Positions 18,062 through 27,191 of a DNA stretch of 61,308 nt are shown piece by piece (the stretch's first letter is position 1; every line of letters starts with the position of its first letter). The notes under the pieces are model-generated. The model was not told where the DNA came from. It made no database searches and saw nothing but the letters and a program-made list of their open reading frames with translations. A program made the position numbers and the translations under genes. Source of the DNA: an uncultured delta proteobacterium (GTDB lineage: Bacteria; Desulfobacterota; Syntrophia; Syntrophales; UBA2192); the NCBI GenBank assembly GCA_963705165.1, contig CAVPJD010000028.1, forward strand, positions 1-61,308, written 5' to 3'.

Positions 18062-18163
18062 CCGGCCGCGGAGCACGGCCAGGACCGAGGTCCGAGGCTC
18101 AAGGGAGAGGAAGAACGAGGAAACTCGGGAAGACAGGAGGCGGAAGCATTGGCGCCCGATACC

Positions 18164-19228
18164 ATGACGAACATGGAAACACTCGCAGAGCGGCTCGTCG
18201 CGGCGCTGGAGAGCTTCGAGTCGGCCCAGCGGGACTACTTCCCCGGCATCGTGCCCCGGCTCCGCGAGCAGTTCACCCCGGCAATCGAGGCACTGGAAGA
18301 AGCGAAAGGCGGACTCGAGACCGTTCATGCCCCACCGGGGCAGGAGGCCCTGCAGGAAAAGCTGCTCGAGGCCTCCGTGCTGTGCCTGGACGCGTTAAAG
18401 CTTTCCGTCGCGGCCGACGGGCTGGAGGAGGCGCTCGTCAACTTCCGAAAGGCCGGTCGGCGGATTCACCGTGCGCAGGAGTTTCTCCTTGCGCTCTGCC
18501 CGGTCATCCCCGCCGTCAACCGCTACTTCCTGGAGCCTGAAGCCCGCAGCCGCGCTTCCGAATTCCTTTCCAGACCCGGCCCCGATCCCGCAACGGGTCT
18601 CCTCCATGGCGGCCCCGACGCAGACCCCTACGCGCGGGGAGCCGCCTCGTTCTACATCCCCGAAACCCGGGACCGATCGGAGCCGCTTCCCCTCGTCATT
18701 GCGCTGCACGGGGGCTTCGGTCACGGGAGGGATTTCATCTGGACGTGGCTCCGCGAGGCGCGAAGCCGGCGCTTCGCGCTCGCCTGCCCCACATCCCTTA
18801 ACATCACCTGGACCATCACGGGTCCCGACGCCGACGCAGAGATGCTGAAGCAACTTCTCGCGTTTTCGCTCGGCCGATGGAACATCGACCGCAGCCGCAT
18901 CCTGCTCACGGGGCTCTCCGACGGGGCGACCTACGCCCTCAAGCGCTCCCTCGACAAGGAGACGCCTTTCACGCACTTTGCCATCTTCTCGGGCCTCCTG
19001 GCGCCCTTTGACATGAGACACGCAAAAGGAAGACGGATTTTCTGGGTGCATGGGGCGAAGGACTGGATGTTCCCGGCCTGGCGGGCGAAGATGGGCGAAA
19101 AGGAGCTTGTCGCTGCCGGGGCCGACGTGACGCTCGAGATCGTCCCCGACCTCTATCACGCCTACCCGCGGGAGAGAAACGACCGGGTTCTCAACTGGTT
19201 CGACCCATCCCTGTCATTTCAGCCCTGA
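18164..19228 (+). CDS. Phospholipase/carboxylesterase (alpha/beta hydrolase) with helical N-terminal extension
   Basis: ALHGGFG, GLSDG nucleophile motif, HGAKD, DLYH. Confidence 0.85.
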   Translation: MTNMETLAERLVAALESFESAQRDYFPGIVPRLREQFTPAIEALEEAKGGLETVHAPPGQEALQEKLLEASVLCLDALKLSVAADGLEEALVNFRKAGRRIHRAQEFLLALCPVIPAVNRYFLEPEARSRASEFLSRPGPDPATGLLHGGPDADPYARGAASFYIPETRDRSEPLPLVIALHGGFGHGRDFIWTWLREARSRRFALACPTSLNITWTITGPDADAEMLKQLLAFSLGRWNIDRSRILLTGLSDGATYALKRSLDKETPFTHFAIFSGLLAPFDMRHAKGRRIFWVHGAKDWMFPAWRAKMGEKELVAAGADVTLEIVPDLYHAYPRERNDRVLNWFDPSLSFQP

Positions 19229-19267
19229 CCGCCGTGCCGAACGCTTCAGGCATGCGCTCTTCAGCCT

Positions 19268-20956
19268 TCAGCGCCCCGTCGCCTCGATGACGGCAATGCC
19301 GCGCTGATCAGGCCGCGCAGGCGGAGGCCCGAAGCAGTGCAGGGGGATCTCCGGCCGGGTACAGTCCCGCCAATCGCCCTGGAGGTAGCCGCGCAGACGG
19401 TACGTCCCCTTGCCGAACTTTTCCTCGAACCGGGCGATGATCGACTCCGGCGCGACGGAACCGGTGAGGATGTAATCCGGACGCGCCCGTTCGACAAAGA
19501 GATAGTCGGGGAGCGTCTCGCGCAGGACTGGCTGCAGGGTCTTTCGTTCCGTGAGCTGCCAGCAGTAGCGCTGCCCCGGTACATAGAACATCGGCCCGTA
19601 GGTCATGTAGTCGGGAAAGATCAGCACCCTGCTTCCCCCGGGAAGAGCGGCCACGGCCTCCACGAGAGCCTCTGTCCCCGTCTTGTAATCCTGTGCCCCC
19701 TCCGCGATATAGCCCAGGAGCGTGCTCCGCAGCGGAATCTGCGGGAGCGCAACCCACGAGAGCGTCAGCGCATTGGTCATCACGACCAGGATCGCCGCCA
19801 GGCAGGCCAGGGGGCGCGAGAGATCCCAGAGGATCACGAGACAGACGGACGTCACGGCGGCGCCGACCACGATGAGGGGCGCCACGTAGCGCATGTCCGC
19901 GATCGCCGCGCCGCTGACGGGCTGGGGGGAAAAAAGGGCCGTCGCCAGGATCGCCGCAACCATAGCCAGAAACACGACCCACCCCTGGCGGGCAAACCGG
20001 CGGAGGCGCCCGAAACGCGGTCCGGCAAAAGGCACCATCAGGACCACCGCCAGGAGCACGGGAAAGAACTCGAAGGTACCCAGGCCGACCATGTGCTGGG
20101 CAAAGAGCGCCGCGACGCGTTCGATGCCCGTGATGAAGCTCGTCGGCGCGAAGTGGGCTGCCGTCGGTGCCTTGGCAAGCCAGATATGCATGCCGCAGAG
20201 CAGCGACACGGCGAGGACGACACCGAGGAAGACCCCCTTCTGCCGGGTGCGATAACGGCCGTCGAGAAAGAAAACGGGAAGCATGGCCAGGGCCGAGACG
20301 GCATTGAGGTAGCTGGCATACCAGAGACCGGCCACGGACAGCGCGCCGGCCGCCAGGACTGCGAGCCGGGAGCGCCTTGTCGAGCCCGTCCAGGACCAGG
20401 CCGCCAGCAGGCAAAGCGTGAAAAGCATCGCCGGCGCAAAGTAGCGGCACTGGCGGATGAAAAGGAGAAAGGCCGGCGAGAGAGCCGCGATGAGGGCAGG
20501 CAGCCACAGCGGCACCCGCCCGTCGAAGTGCCGCCGGGTCCAGAGCATCAACGCCGGCAGGGCGAGAATCCCCAGGATCAGAAAGAGGATGCGTCCCCCG
20601 AAGACCGTCTCCCCGAAGAGATAAAACCCCGCCGCGGCGATGTAGTACTGAAGGGGCGGCGCGTAGGGGTTTTGCAGGTTCTCGTCGAGTTGCATCCCGA
20701 GTCGGTAGCCGACGAGATTCACGCCGTCCCAGGCGGTCAGCTCTCCCGTGGCCAGAAGATTGCGGGCAAAAAGGGCCGTGTTGGCCTCGTCGTCCCAGAA
20801 GGCGTGGTTCGTGAAACCCCAGGTCCCGAGAACCACGGCGCACAAAAGCGCTGCCGTGCAGAGAATCGCGTCCCGTTTCGACAAGCCGAATTCGTGAAGC
20901 CAGAGGGTCAGACGATTCGCTCCCGGTTTTTTCGAGGGGTCTACAGACGTCGTCAT
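19268..20956 (-). CDS. ArnT/PMT-like (GT-C) membrane glycosyltransferase
   Basis: FWDDEA, PPLQYY, RQCRY, many TM helices. Confidence 0.8.
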   Translation of the reverse strand: MTTSVDPSKKPGANRLTLWLHEFGLSKRDAILCTAALLCAVVLGTWGFTNHAFWDDEANTALFARNLLATGELTAWDGVNLVGYRLGMQLDENLQNPYAPPLQYYIAAAGFYLFGETVFGGRILFLILGILALPALMLWTRRHFDGRVPLWLPALIAALSPAFLLFIRQCRYFAPAMLFTLCLLAAWSWTGSTRRSRLAVLAAGALSVAGLWYASYLNAVSALAMLPVFFLDGRYRTRQKGVFLGVVLAVSLLCGMHIWLAKAPTAAHFAPTSFITGIERVAALFAQHMVGLGTFEFFPVLLAVVLMVPFAGPRFGRLRRFARQGWVVFLAMVAAILATALFSPQPVSGAAIADMRYVAPLIVVGAAVTSVCLVILWDLSRPLACLAAILVVMTNALTLSWVALPQIPLRSTLLGYIAEGAQDYKTGTEALVEAVAALPGGSRVLIFPDYMTYGPMFYVPGQRYCWQLTERKTLQPVLRETLPDYLFVERARPDYILTGSVAPESIIARFEEKFGKGTYRLRGYLQGDWRDCTRPEIPLHCFGPPPARPDQRGIAVIEATGR

Positions 20957-20967
20957 GCAGCGTTCTC

Positions 20968-21048
20968 CCTGTACCCTGTACCCTGTACCCTGTACCTGTA
21001 CCCTGTACTGACCCTGTACCCTGTACCCTGTACCCTGGTCCCTGTCCC
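20968..21048. repeat. Tandem heptamer array (CCCTGTA)n, ~11 imperfect units
   Basis: Fills the whole gap between the EamA and glycosyltransferase genes. Confidence 0.9.
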
Positions 21049-21966
21049 CTAGTCCTGCCCCAGAACGACGGCTTCCTTCCGTCGCTCCCGCAGCCGCATG
21101 ATCGACAGCAATGCCAGGGCCGCCACAACAAGGGCGATTCCCCAGCCCTCCCAGAAGGCGATCTGCTCGCCCAGCTGCAGCCGTGAACCCGTCATGCCGA
21201 TGACGGGCACGGCCAGTGTCCCCAGGCCGGCGACCCCTGCGGGAAGACGGTCAATCACATAGGTCCACAGCAGGAAGGCCACCCCGCAGACGAGGATGGC
21301 GTTATAGGCAATCGACCCGATGAAATAGGGAGACCAGTCGATGGGTTGCGAAGGTACGAGGAAAGCCACCGGAACGAGCGGAAGGGCCCCGAAGATGAGC
21401 TGCCACGTCGTGAGCCGGATGAGGTCGAGCTTCCGGCCCCGGCCCAGGAGCTTGACGATGACGGCCCCCGTGGCCCAGCACACGCCGGACATCAAGGCGA
21501 GCATCTTGCTGTGGGCCGTGCCCCCGAGCGCCCAGGGCTCGAGAATGAAGACGAGTCCGCAGAAGGCCATGACGATGGGAACCCAGAGGGCGCCCCGCAC
21601 CTTCTCGTCCAGGACAAGCCAGGCCAGGAGCAGGATCCAGAAGGGCATCGTGTAGACGAGGATCGATGTCTTCCCGGCCCCGCCCGTCTCCAGGGCCCAC
21701 ACGATGAGCCCCGTGCCCAGGGCCGTCTGGACAACCCCCAGGATCGCAGTCCAGACGGGAAAGGGCGGCCGCAGGGGCTCCCTCTTCCAGGCCATGAAGG
21801 CGAAAAGGAAGACGCTCCCGAGGACCATCCGCAGGGCATTGAAGTCGAAGGGCCCCGCGTATTTCAGGCTCTCCTTCATGACGACCCAGTTGTAGCCCCA
21901 GATCATGGAAATGCAGACGAGGGCCAGGAAAGGACCGGCGGCGGAATTCCCCTTGATCGGCATCAT
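21049..21966 (-). CDS. EamA/DMT family transporter
   Basis: IWGYNWVVMK, YTMPFW, two EamA halves. Confidence 0.93.
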   Translation of the reverse strand: MMPIKGNSAAGPFLALVCISMIWGYNWVVMKESLKYAGPFDFNALRMVLGSVFLFAFMAWKREPLRPPFPVWTAILGVVQTALGTGLIVWALETGGAGKTSILVYTMPFWILLLAWLVLDEKVRGALWVPIVMAFCGLVFILEPWALGGTAHSKMLALMSGVCWATGAVIVKLLGRGRKLDLIRLTTWQLIFGALPLVPVAFLVPSQPIDWSPYFIGSIAYNAILVCGVAFLLWTYVIDRLPAGVAGLGTLAVPVIGMTGSRLQLGEQIAFWEGWGIALVVAALALLSIMRLRERRKEAVVLGQD

Positions 21967-21979
21967 TCCGTTTGCGACC

Positions 21980-22966
21980 TCACTCTTCGCCCTTCCTCAA
22001 TTTGAGGAGCGCAAGAAGGGATTCCTTGACGTCGCGAGCAACACCCGTGAGTCCCGAGAAGGCGCCGCCCACCTTGCCTTTCGAGGCGTCCCACAGGGCC
22101 CTCGAGATCCGAGCCGTACCGCTCTTGACGATGGAGCCCAGGAGCTTCGCCGCCTCGGCCGTGGCCGCGCGGCGCAGCGTCCGGCGGTCGGCGATCACGA
22201 GGCTGCCGCACCAGCGCCTCGCGATGATCCCCACGCGAAGCGTGAGAAAGGCGTTGGCGGCCCCGGTGAGGATCGAGTTGACGACGATGGAGGCGGCGGC
22301 CTGCACACCCGGGACGGAGAGGCTCACGGCGCCGAGGGCCGAAGAGAGGATGGGCTCGATCTGCTCGCCGATCTCCGCCTCGTCGAGCTCGCCCGCCACG
22401 AAAGCCGAGGCGGCCACGTTGGCGTAGAGGTTGACCAGATCCCGGAGCGTTGGCCGCTGGGAATAGACACCGGCGATGCGCCACACCATGCGGAAATGGG
22501 CCGTCAGGACGAAGATCGTGTCGAGCCTTCCGCTCTGGGAGATGGCGGTGCTGACAAAGACGGCCGCTGCGCTGTCGCGGATGATGACGTCGCACTCGCG
22601 ACCGAGAACATCGAGGGCCTTCTCGATCCCGGCACGGCCGGAGAGATCGTAGCCCTTGAGACGGGGGTTTGCGGCGAGCCGATTCCGCAGGGCTTCGAGG
22701 TGCCTGGAAAATTCCGGCTCCATCTCGCTGTCGGGCGGCGCGAGCGGCTTCTGGAGCCGCAGGAAAAAAACAACAGAGGCCATGACGAGGGCGGCGTAAA
22801 GTCCGAGCAGAAACCACAGGACGGCCGTGCCGAAAGCCGGACTCACCCTGTCGGCAAGCCCCACCACCTGCGCCGTCTGGTTGACGACGAAAAGAACGAA
22901 GAAGAAAAGGATGACGGCGCTCACCACAAGCGCCACGTTTTTGATCGTTCTGGTCATCTCACTCAC
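21980..22966 (-). CDS. DUF697/YcjF-like membrane protein
   Basis: TAISQSGRLD, Y.QRP, GAANAFLTLRVG. Confidence 0.8.
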   Translation of the reverse strand: MSEMTRTIKNVALVVSAVILFFFVLFVVNQTAQVVGLADRVSPAFGTAVLWFLLGLYAALVMASVVFFLRLQKPLAPPDSEMEPEFSRHLEALRNRLAANPRLKGYDLSGRAGIEKALDVLGRECDVIIRDSAAAVFVSTAISQSGRLDTIFVLTAHFRMVWRIAGVYSQRPTLRDLVNLYANVAASAFVAGELDEAEIGEQIEPILSSALGAVSLSVPGVQAAASIVVNSILTGAANAFLTLRVGIIARRWCGSLVIADRRTLRRAATAEAAKLLGSIVKSGTARISRALWDASKGKVGGAFSGLTGVARDVKESLLALLKLRKGEE

Positions 22967-23041
22967 TCCGAACCCGCTACGCTAACCTTATCGGCACGGG
23001 CCTCTCATGTCAAGGATTCTGCCTGATGCAGCGGCATCTTG

Positions 23042-23160
23042 AAGCCGACAGCCTAAAGTCTACAGCCGACAGTCGAAGGAAGAGGCAATGAGGGAAATCT
23101 GTTGGCTCCTCCCTCGCTCCCTCTTTCACTGGTCACTAGCCACTGTCCACTGGTCACTTT
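23042..23160. repeat. Two degenerate heptamer arrays (CAGYCKA; CACTGGT)
   Basis: aagccga cagccta aagtcta cagccga cagtcga; cactggt cactagc cactgtc cactggt. Confidence 0.75.
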
Positions 23161-23537
23161 CATTCGTATCCCAGATCGGCCAGCTCCTGCTCCGTCATCC
23201 CGATGAAGTGGGCCACCTCGTGGACCACGGTGATCTCGATCTCCTCCTCGAGCTCCTCCAGGGTCTCGCACATCTCCTCCAGGGGCTCCTGGAAGATCTG
23301 GATCGTGTCGGGGTACTGCAGGGTGTCGAAGTGGGAGCGCTCCATGAGCGAGGCCCCCGTGTAGACGCCCAGGAGCGGCTCGTCAGGCGGCAGCCCCATC
23401 TCCTCGAGAAGCTCCGGGGCGGGCCACTTCTGAACGGAGATGACCATGTTGTCGAGGTGCTTCCGGATCTGCGGCGGGATGCGCCGGATCGCCCGCTGTA
23501 CGGCCCGGTCGAACTCCCTGGCGCTGAGTTTCAGCAT
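23160..23537 (-). CDS. Zincin-like metallopeptidase (DUF1025)
   Basis: LLGVYTG, PDTIQIFQ, HEVAHFIG, LADLGY. Confidence 0.9.
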   Translation of the reverse strand: MLKLSAREFDRAVQRAIRRIPPQIRKHLDNMVISVQKWPAPELLEEMGLPPDEPLLGVYTGASLMERSHFDTLQYPDTIQIFQEPLEEMCETLEELEEEIEITVVHEVAHFIGMTEQELADLGYE

Positions 23538-23541
23538 GGCC

Positions 23542-24117
23542 CTACCCCTCCCTGCCCCCGTTCATCTCCGCGAGGAAGGCCTCCAGCGTCATGAGCTGCA
23601 GAAGAGGCTGGAGTGGGTTCTTTCGGTAGATCGCGAGGCAGCTCTCGTGCATCTCGCGGCTGAAGCTCGCGCAGCAGTCCTCGACGATGACCACGCGGAA
23701 ATCGTTCGAGAGGGCGTCGAAGGCCGACGACAGGACGCACCAATGGGTGGCGATGCCGCAGAGCACGACCGTGTCGGCCCCGTAGAGCCGAAGCGTCTGA
23801 TCGATGTCCGTCTTGTAAAAGGCGCTGAAGCGCCGTTTGGGCGAATAAATATCCGTCTCGGCCTGCGTGAGCAGGTCCGTAACCTCGGCGCCTTTCGTCC
23901 CCCGGATGGAGTGATTCTTCATCTTGCCCTGGAAGATGAAATCCCCGGGCAGGAAGCTGTCCATGGAGAAGATCACCGGGATGGAGCGCCCCCGGGCAAA
24001 GTCCGTCAGGCGGTTGATGGCGGGCACGATTTCGCGGCCCAGCTCCTTGATGGGCATGGGATGGGCGCCCTCGAGGGTGTCCTTGAGCATGTCGACGATC
24101 ACTACGGCGGGTTTCAT
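23542..24117 (-). CDS. Isochorismatase-family cysteine hydrolase
   Basis: IVDM, KRRFSAF, GIATHWCV, VVEDC. Confidence 0.92.
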   Translation of the reverse strand: MKPAVVIVDMLKDTLEGAHPMPIKELGREIVPAINRLTDFARGRSIPVIFSMDSFLPGDFIFQGKMKNHSIRGTKGAEVTDLLTQAETDIYSPKRRFSAFYKTDIDQTLRLYGADTVVLCGIATHWCVLSSAFDALSNDFRVVIVEDCCASFSREMHESCLAIYRKNPLQPLLQLMTLEAFLAEMNGGREG

Positions 24118-24130
24118 GAAGTTGCTCCTG

Positions 24131-24450
24131 TCAATCAGTAATATCGAAAAGAATCCGTTTCACCTGTTCCCCGAAGGCCGGACCCTCTGCGCCACCAGGT
24201 CCCAGAGGGTGTCGCGCCCGGGACTGCCGATCCCCGACCAGGCGGCCCAGTCGATCCCCGGGTATCTCTGCCTGATTTTTTCCGGCAGATCCCCGACGGC
24301 CTTCCCGATCCGTGAGAGATCTTCTTCCACGGCAGAGACAGCGGCATGATCGCGCAGAAAATTCTCCCTGGAGAGACCCTTCGTTTTTTCTTCGATCCGG
24401 GCTATGGCTTTCAGGATGTCGGCGATCTGTGTCTTGTACCCTGGCGTCAT
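24131..24450 (-). pseudogene. HepT/DUF86-like protein lacking the Rx4H motif, C-terminal frameshift
   Basis: DIL.AI.RIE, IGKAV..LPE..R.RYP.IDW. Adding one base at ~24180 gives VPAFGEQVKRILFDITD-stop. Confidence 0.65.
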
Positions 24451-24590
24451 GATGAGCTTTCCCTGGTTTGGTTATCCCGTAATCTAGCAGAACGCCCGCG
24501 CCAAATCACGGAAAAACCGGATGTCATTAAATCTTTGCCCGCATTCGGCCGATAGATAGAGAGTAACTTGGAGGCACAGAGGAACAAGAG

Positions 24591-25004
24591 ATGCGCGAAG
24601 CGATGACAGAAGCCGAAATCCACCGCCTCGGTGTCCAGATCATTCGTGATGAGCTGGAACGGGAGGGGTGGTCCATTCTGGATATCAACGTCAACCTCAA
24701 GATCAACCCCCAGATCATCGCGAGAAAGAACGGCACCCTCGGCCATGTCCTGATCCGAACGGCCTGCCACCCGAAGAAAGGCCGCATCGAGGACGATTAC
24801 ATCATCGCGCGGTGTCTGGAGCATGCCTCGCAGCTCAGTGCGGTCTGCTTCTTTGCCGGTGTGCGCGTGAGCCACGCCGAGGCTTCCATTCGCGGAGAAG
24901 AGCAGTACATGGGCACCCCGATCAGGGGCGAAGGAATTCTCGTGGCCTATTCGGGACTGGAGGAGTTGAGGCCGGGCGGGGTCATGACCGGCCGGGGAAT
25001 TTGA
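24591..25004 (+). CDS. Hypothetical protein
   Basis: Open frame, GAGG RBS, protein-like composition. Confidence 0.75.
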   Translation: MREAMTEAEIHRLGVQIIRDELEREGWSILDINVNLKINPQIIARKNGTLGHVLIRTACHPKKGRIEDDYIIARCLEHASQLSAVCFFAGVRVSHAEASIRGEEQYMGTPIRGEGILVAYSGLEELRPGGVMTGRGI

Positions 25005-25054
25005 GCAGAGTGGCCAGTACAACGCACAACGGATCGATGTACTGCCTTTTTTCC

Positions 25055-25090
25055 TGACTTCTGAACTTCATAACTTCCGATCTTCGATCT
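25055..25090. repeat. Degenerate octamer array (NNNNCTTC)
   Basis: ctgacttc tgaacttc ataacttc cgatcttc. Confidence 0.65.
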
Positions 25091-25178
25091 TTAACGGGGC
25101 CGGGACCTGAAACCACCACGCACCTCCGCTTGTTCTCAAGCAGGACCCGGCCCCTTTTCATATGGTAAGAATCGACGA

Positions 25179-26420
25179 TCATCCCGCCAGCATGAAGAAC
25201 ATGGTGGCCGGCATGCTGAAGCAGTTGTCCGGAAAGGCCTCCGGCTTTTTTCCTTTTGCGGATATTCCGAAGAAGGGCACCCCGAGCATCGCGGAGAAAC
25301 GCCGTCCGCTTCCCATGTCCACCGCATCTCCCGTCTTTGCTTCGAAGAGGGCCATCGGGGCGTTGTCCTTCACCAGGACGAAGTCCACTTCCCTCTTTTC
25401 CTTGTCACGGATGTAGGCCACCTCGAACCTTCCCAGCCCCATCTCCGTAAATCGGGCCGCCATTCTGAGAAGCGTAACGGCGGTCATGTTCTCGAATCTC
25501 GCTCCTGGATCGTCGAGAACCGACCAGTCATAAAAATAAAGCTTGGGCTCCTTCTTGATGGCGCGGATGACATTTCGCTGCCAGGGGCGTATCGTGAAGA
25601 CGAGATAAATTTCTTTGAGCATCTCGATCCAGTTTGCGATGGTCCTGTGGTTGTAGTTCAAGTCCTCGCTCAGGGAATTGACACTCAACAGGGACCCGAC
25701 CTTCGAGGGGAGCAGGGTGACGAGATGTTCGAGCCCGCGGATGTCTGCAATGCGCGACATATCGCGAACATCCTCCCGGGTCAGCAGGGTTCTGTAGTTC
25801 TGCTGCCACCGATTCAGAAACCTCGGCGAGGCCCGAAGAAGAGGTTCGGGAAAGCCACCAAAACGAAGAAGCCTCTCGAAGGCATCTGCATAACGGTCGA
25901 TCTTCACCTTCCGTCCTCGTTCCAGGAGAAGTCGTCCGTCGGCAATCGATTTGTCATCCCCCAGCACGAAAGAGAACTCATCTGCAAGTTCCGGGAGGCC
26001 TGCCGGCAGCATCTGAAATAGGAAGTAACGTCCCACAAGCGAATCGCCGGACTTGCGGTATAGGCCGAGACGTGCACTTCCCGTCACGAGCAGGGTCATC
26101 CGCTCTTTCCCGGTATCATAGACTCCCTTGAGGAGATTTTTCCAGCCCTTCTGTTTGTGGATCTCATCGAATACGGCGGGCACGGGCTTCCCATTGTACG
26201 CTTCATCGATGATGTTTCGAAAGAAAAGCGGGTTTTTCCGGTACTGGCTCATCACAGCGGGATCGTCCCAGTTGAAGTAGGTCGCCCGGGAGCCTGTCGT
26301 CCGATCGAGCCAGTTCAGGGCAAACGTTGTCTTGCCGACCTGCCGGGGGCCGGTCAGAAAGATCATTTTTCCCGCAGTCAGCTCCGGGTCGAACAGGTAG
26401 TTTCCGATGATGCGCTGCAT
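25179..26420 (-). CDS. AAA+ ATPase (AAA_14 plus DUF4143-type C-terminal domain)
   Basis: GPRQVGKTT, FDEIHK, VTGSA, GGFPE, KLYFYD, EVDFV..EAK. Confidence 0.92.
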   Translation of the reverse strand: MQRIIGNYLFDPELTAGKMIFLTGPRQVGKTTFALNWLDRTTGSRATYFNWDDPAVMSQYRKNPLFFRNIIDEAYNGKPVPAVFDEIHKQKGWKNLLKGVYDTGKERMTLLVTGSARLGLYRKSGDSLVGRYFLFQMLPAGLPELADEFSFVLGDDKSIADGRLLLERGRKVKIDRYADAFERLLRFGGFPEPLLRASPRFLNRWQQNYRTLLTREDVRDMSRIADIRGLEHLVTLLPSKVGSLLSVNSLSEDLNYNHRTIANWIEMLKEIYLVFTIRPWQRNVIRAIKKEPKLYFYDWSVLDDPGARFENMTAVTLLRMAARFTEMGLGRFEVAYIRDKEKREVDFVLVKDNAPMALFEAKTGDAVDMGSGRRFSAMLGVPFFGISAKGKKPEAFPDNCFSMPATMFFMLAG

Positions 26421-26530
26421 ACGGCCATATTGTATATTTATACAAAATAGTCAAGACTTATTTGCGCCTTCATACAAACTAGCCGTGCCTCGTCGACGCG
26501 GGTTAAAGGACTGCCCCCCTCCTTACCCCA

Positions 26531-26881
26531 TTACGCCACGCTCAGGATGCCGGCATAGAGGATATCTCCGGTCTTTTTCGAGATGCAGATGAGCATCGTG
26601 CCGCCGTCGACGACCAGGAAGGGGTCCAGGCCGCACTCGACGATCCAGCAGTCCTTCAGCACGCCTTCCAGTTTGCTGTCCGAGGCAAAGAAGGGCGCGA
26701 GGTCCTCATGGACCCGGTCGCTGATGCCGCTCACCCCGAAGGCGCCGCCCTTGTCCGCAAGATAGGCCTGGGCAATCTGCAGGGCATCCTGCATCGTGAT
26801 CGCGGGTTCCTTCTTGCGGGGTTTCGCTTCCGCCTTTTTCGCCGCAGGCTTTGTGCCTGTCTTGCCTTTTGTCGCTGCCAT
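26531..26881 (-). CDS. Hypothetical protein with Lys/Ala-rich N-terminal tail
   Basis: Open frame; ALQIAQAYL ... WIVE ... ICISKKTGDI. Confidence 0.7.
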   Translation of the reverse strand: MAATKGKTGTKPAAKKAEAKPRKKEPAITMQDALQIAQAYLADKGGAFGVSGISDRVHEDLAPFFASDSKLEGVLKDCWIVECGLDPFLVVDGGTMLICISKKTGDILYAGILSVA

Positions 26882-27012
26882 ACCCAATCACCACCTGACC
26901 CTGCCGTGCGGATAAGCCGATGCCCCTGCCGATCGCGGCGAGGGGCACCGGTGTGATTACGTTGTGAGAGGCCGGCCGGCTAAATCCTGCCTCGATAAGG
27001 AAAGGGATTATT

Positions 27013-27182
27013 CCCCCTCACCCCTGCCCCGTTCGACAGGCTCGCGACACCGCTCTCCCACAGCGGGGAGAGGGAGTGTGAGATTGCCGCGCCTCGCGAA
27101 AATCCACCCTCACCCCAGCCCTCTCCCCTCAAGGGAGAGGGAGCCTGAGGAAGAGGTCTCTGGAGGCTCGGCTCGCAATGAC
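27013..27182. repeat. Nested REP-like elements of three sequence families
   Basis: ccctcacccc...ctctccc..gggagaggg occurs twice. The first copy is interrupted by cgttcgacaggctc; the second sits inside gagattgccgcg...ggctcgcaatgac. Confidence 0.7.
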
Positions 27183-27191
27183 ATGCAATCC

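Noticed and set aside
20968..21048. Tandem repeats as a CRISPR array
   Set aside because: 7 nt units with no spacers, and no cas genes in the window.
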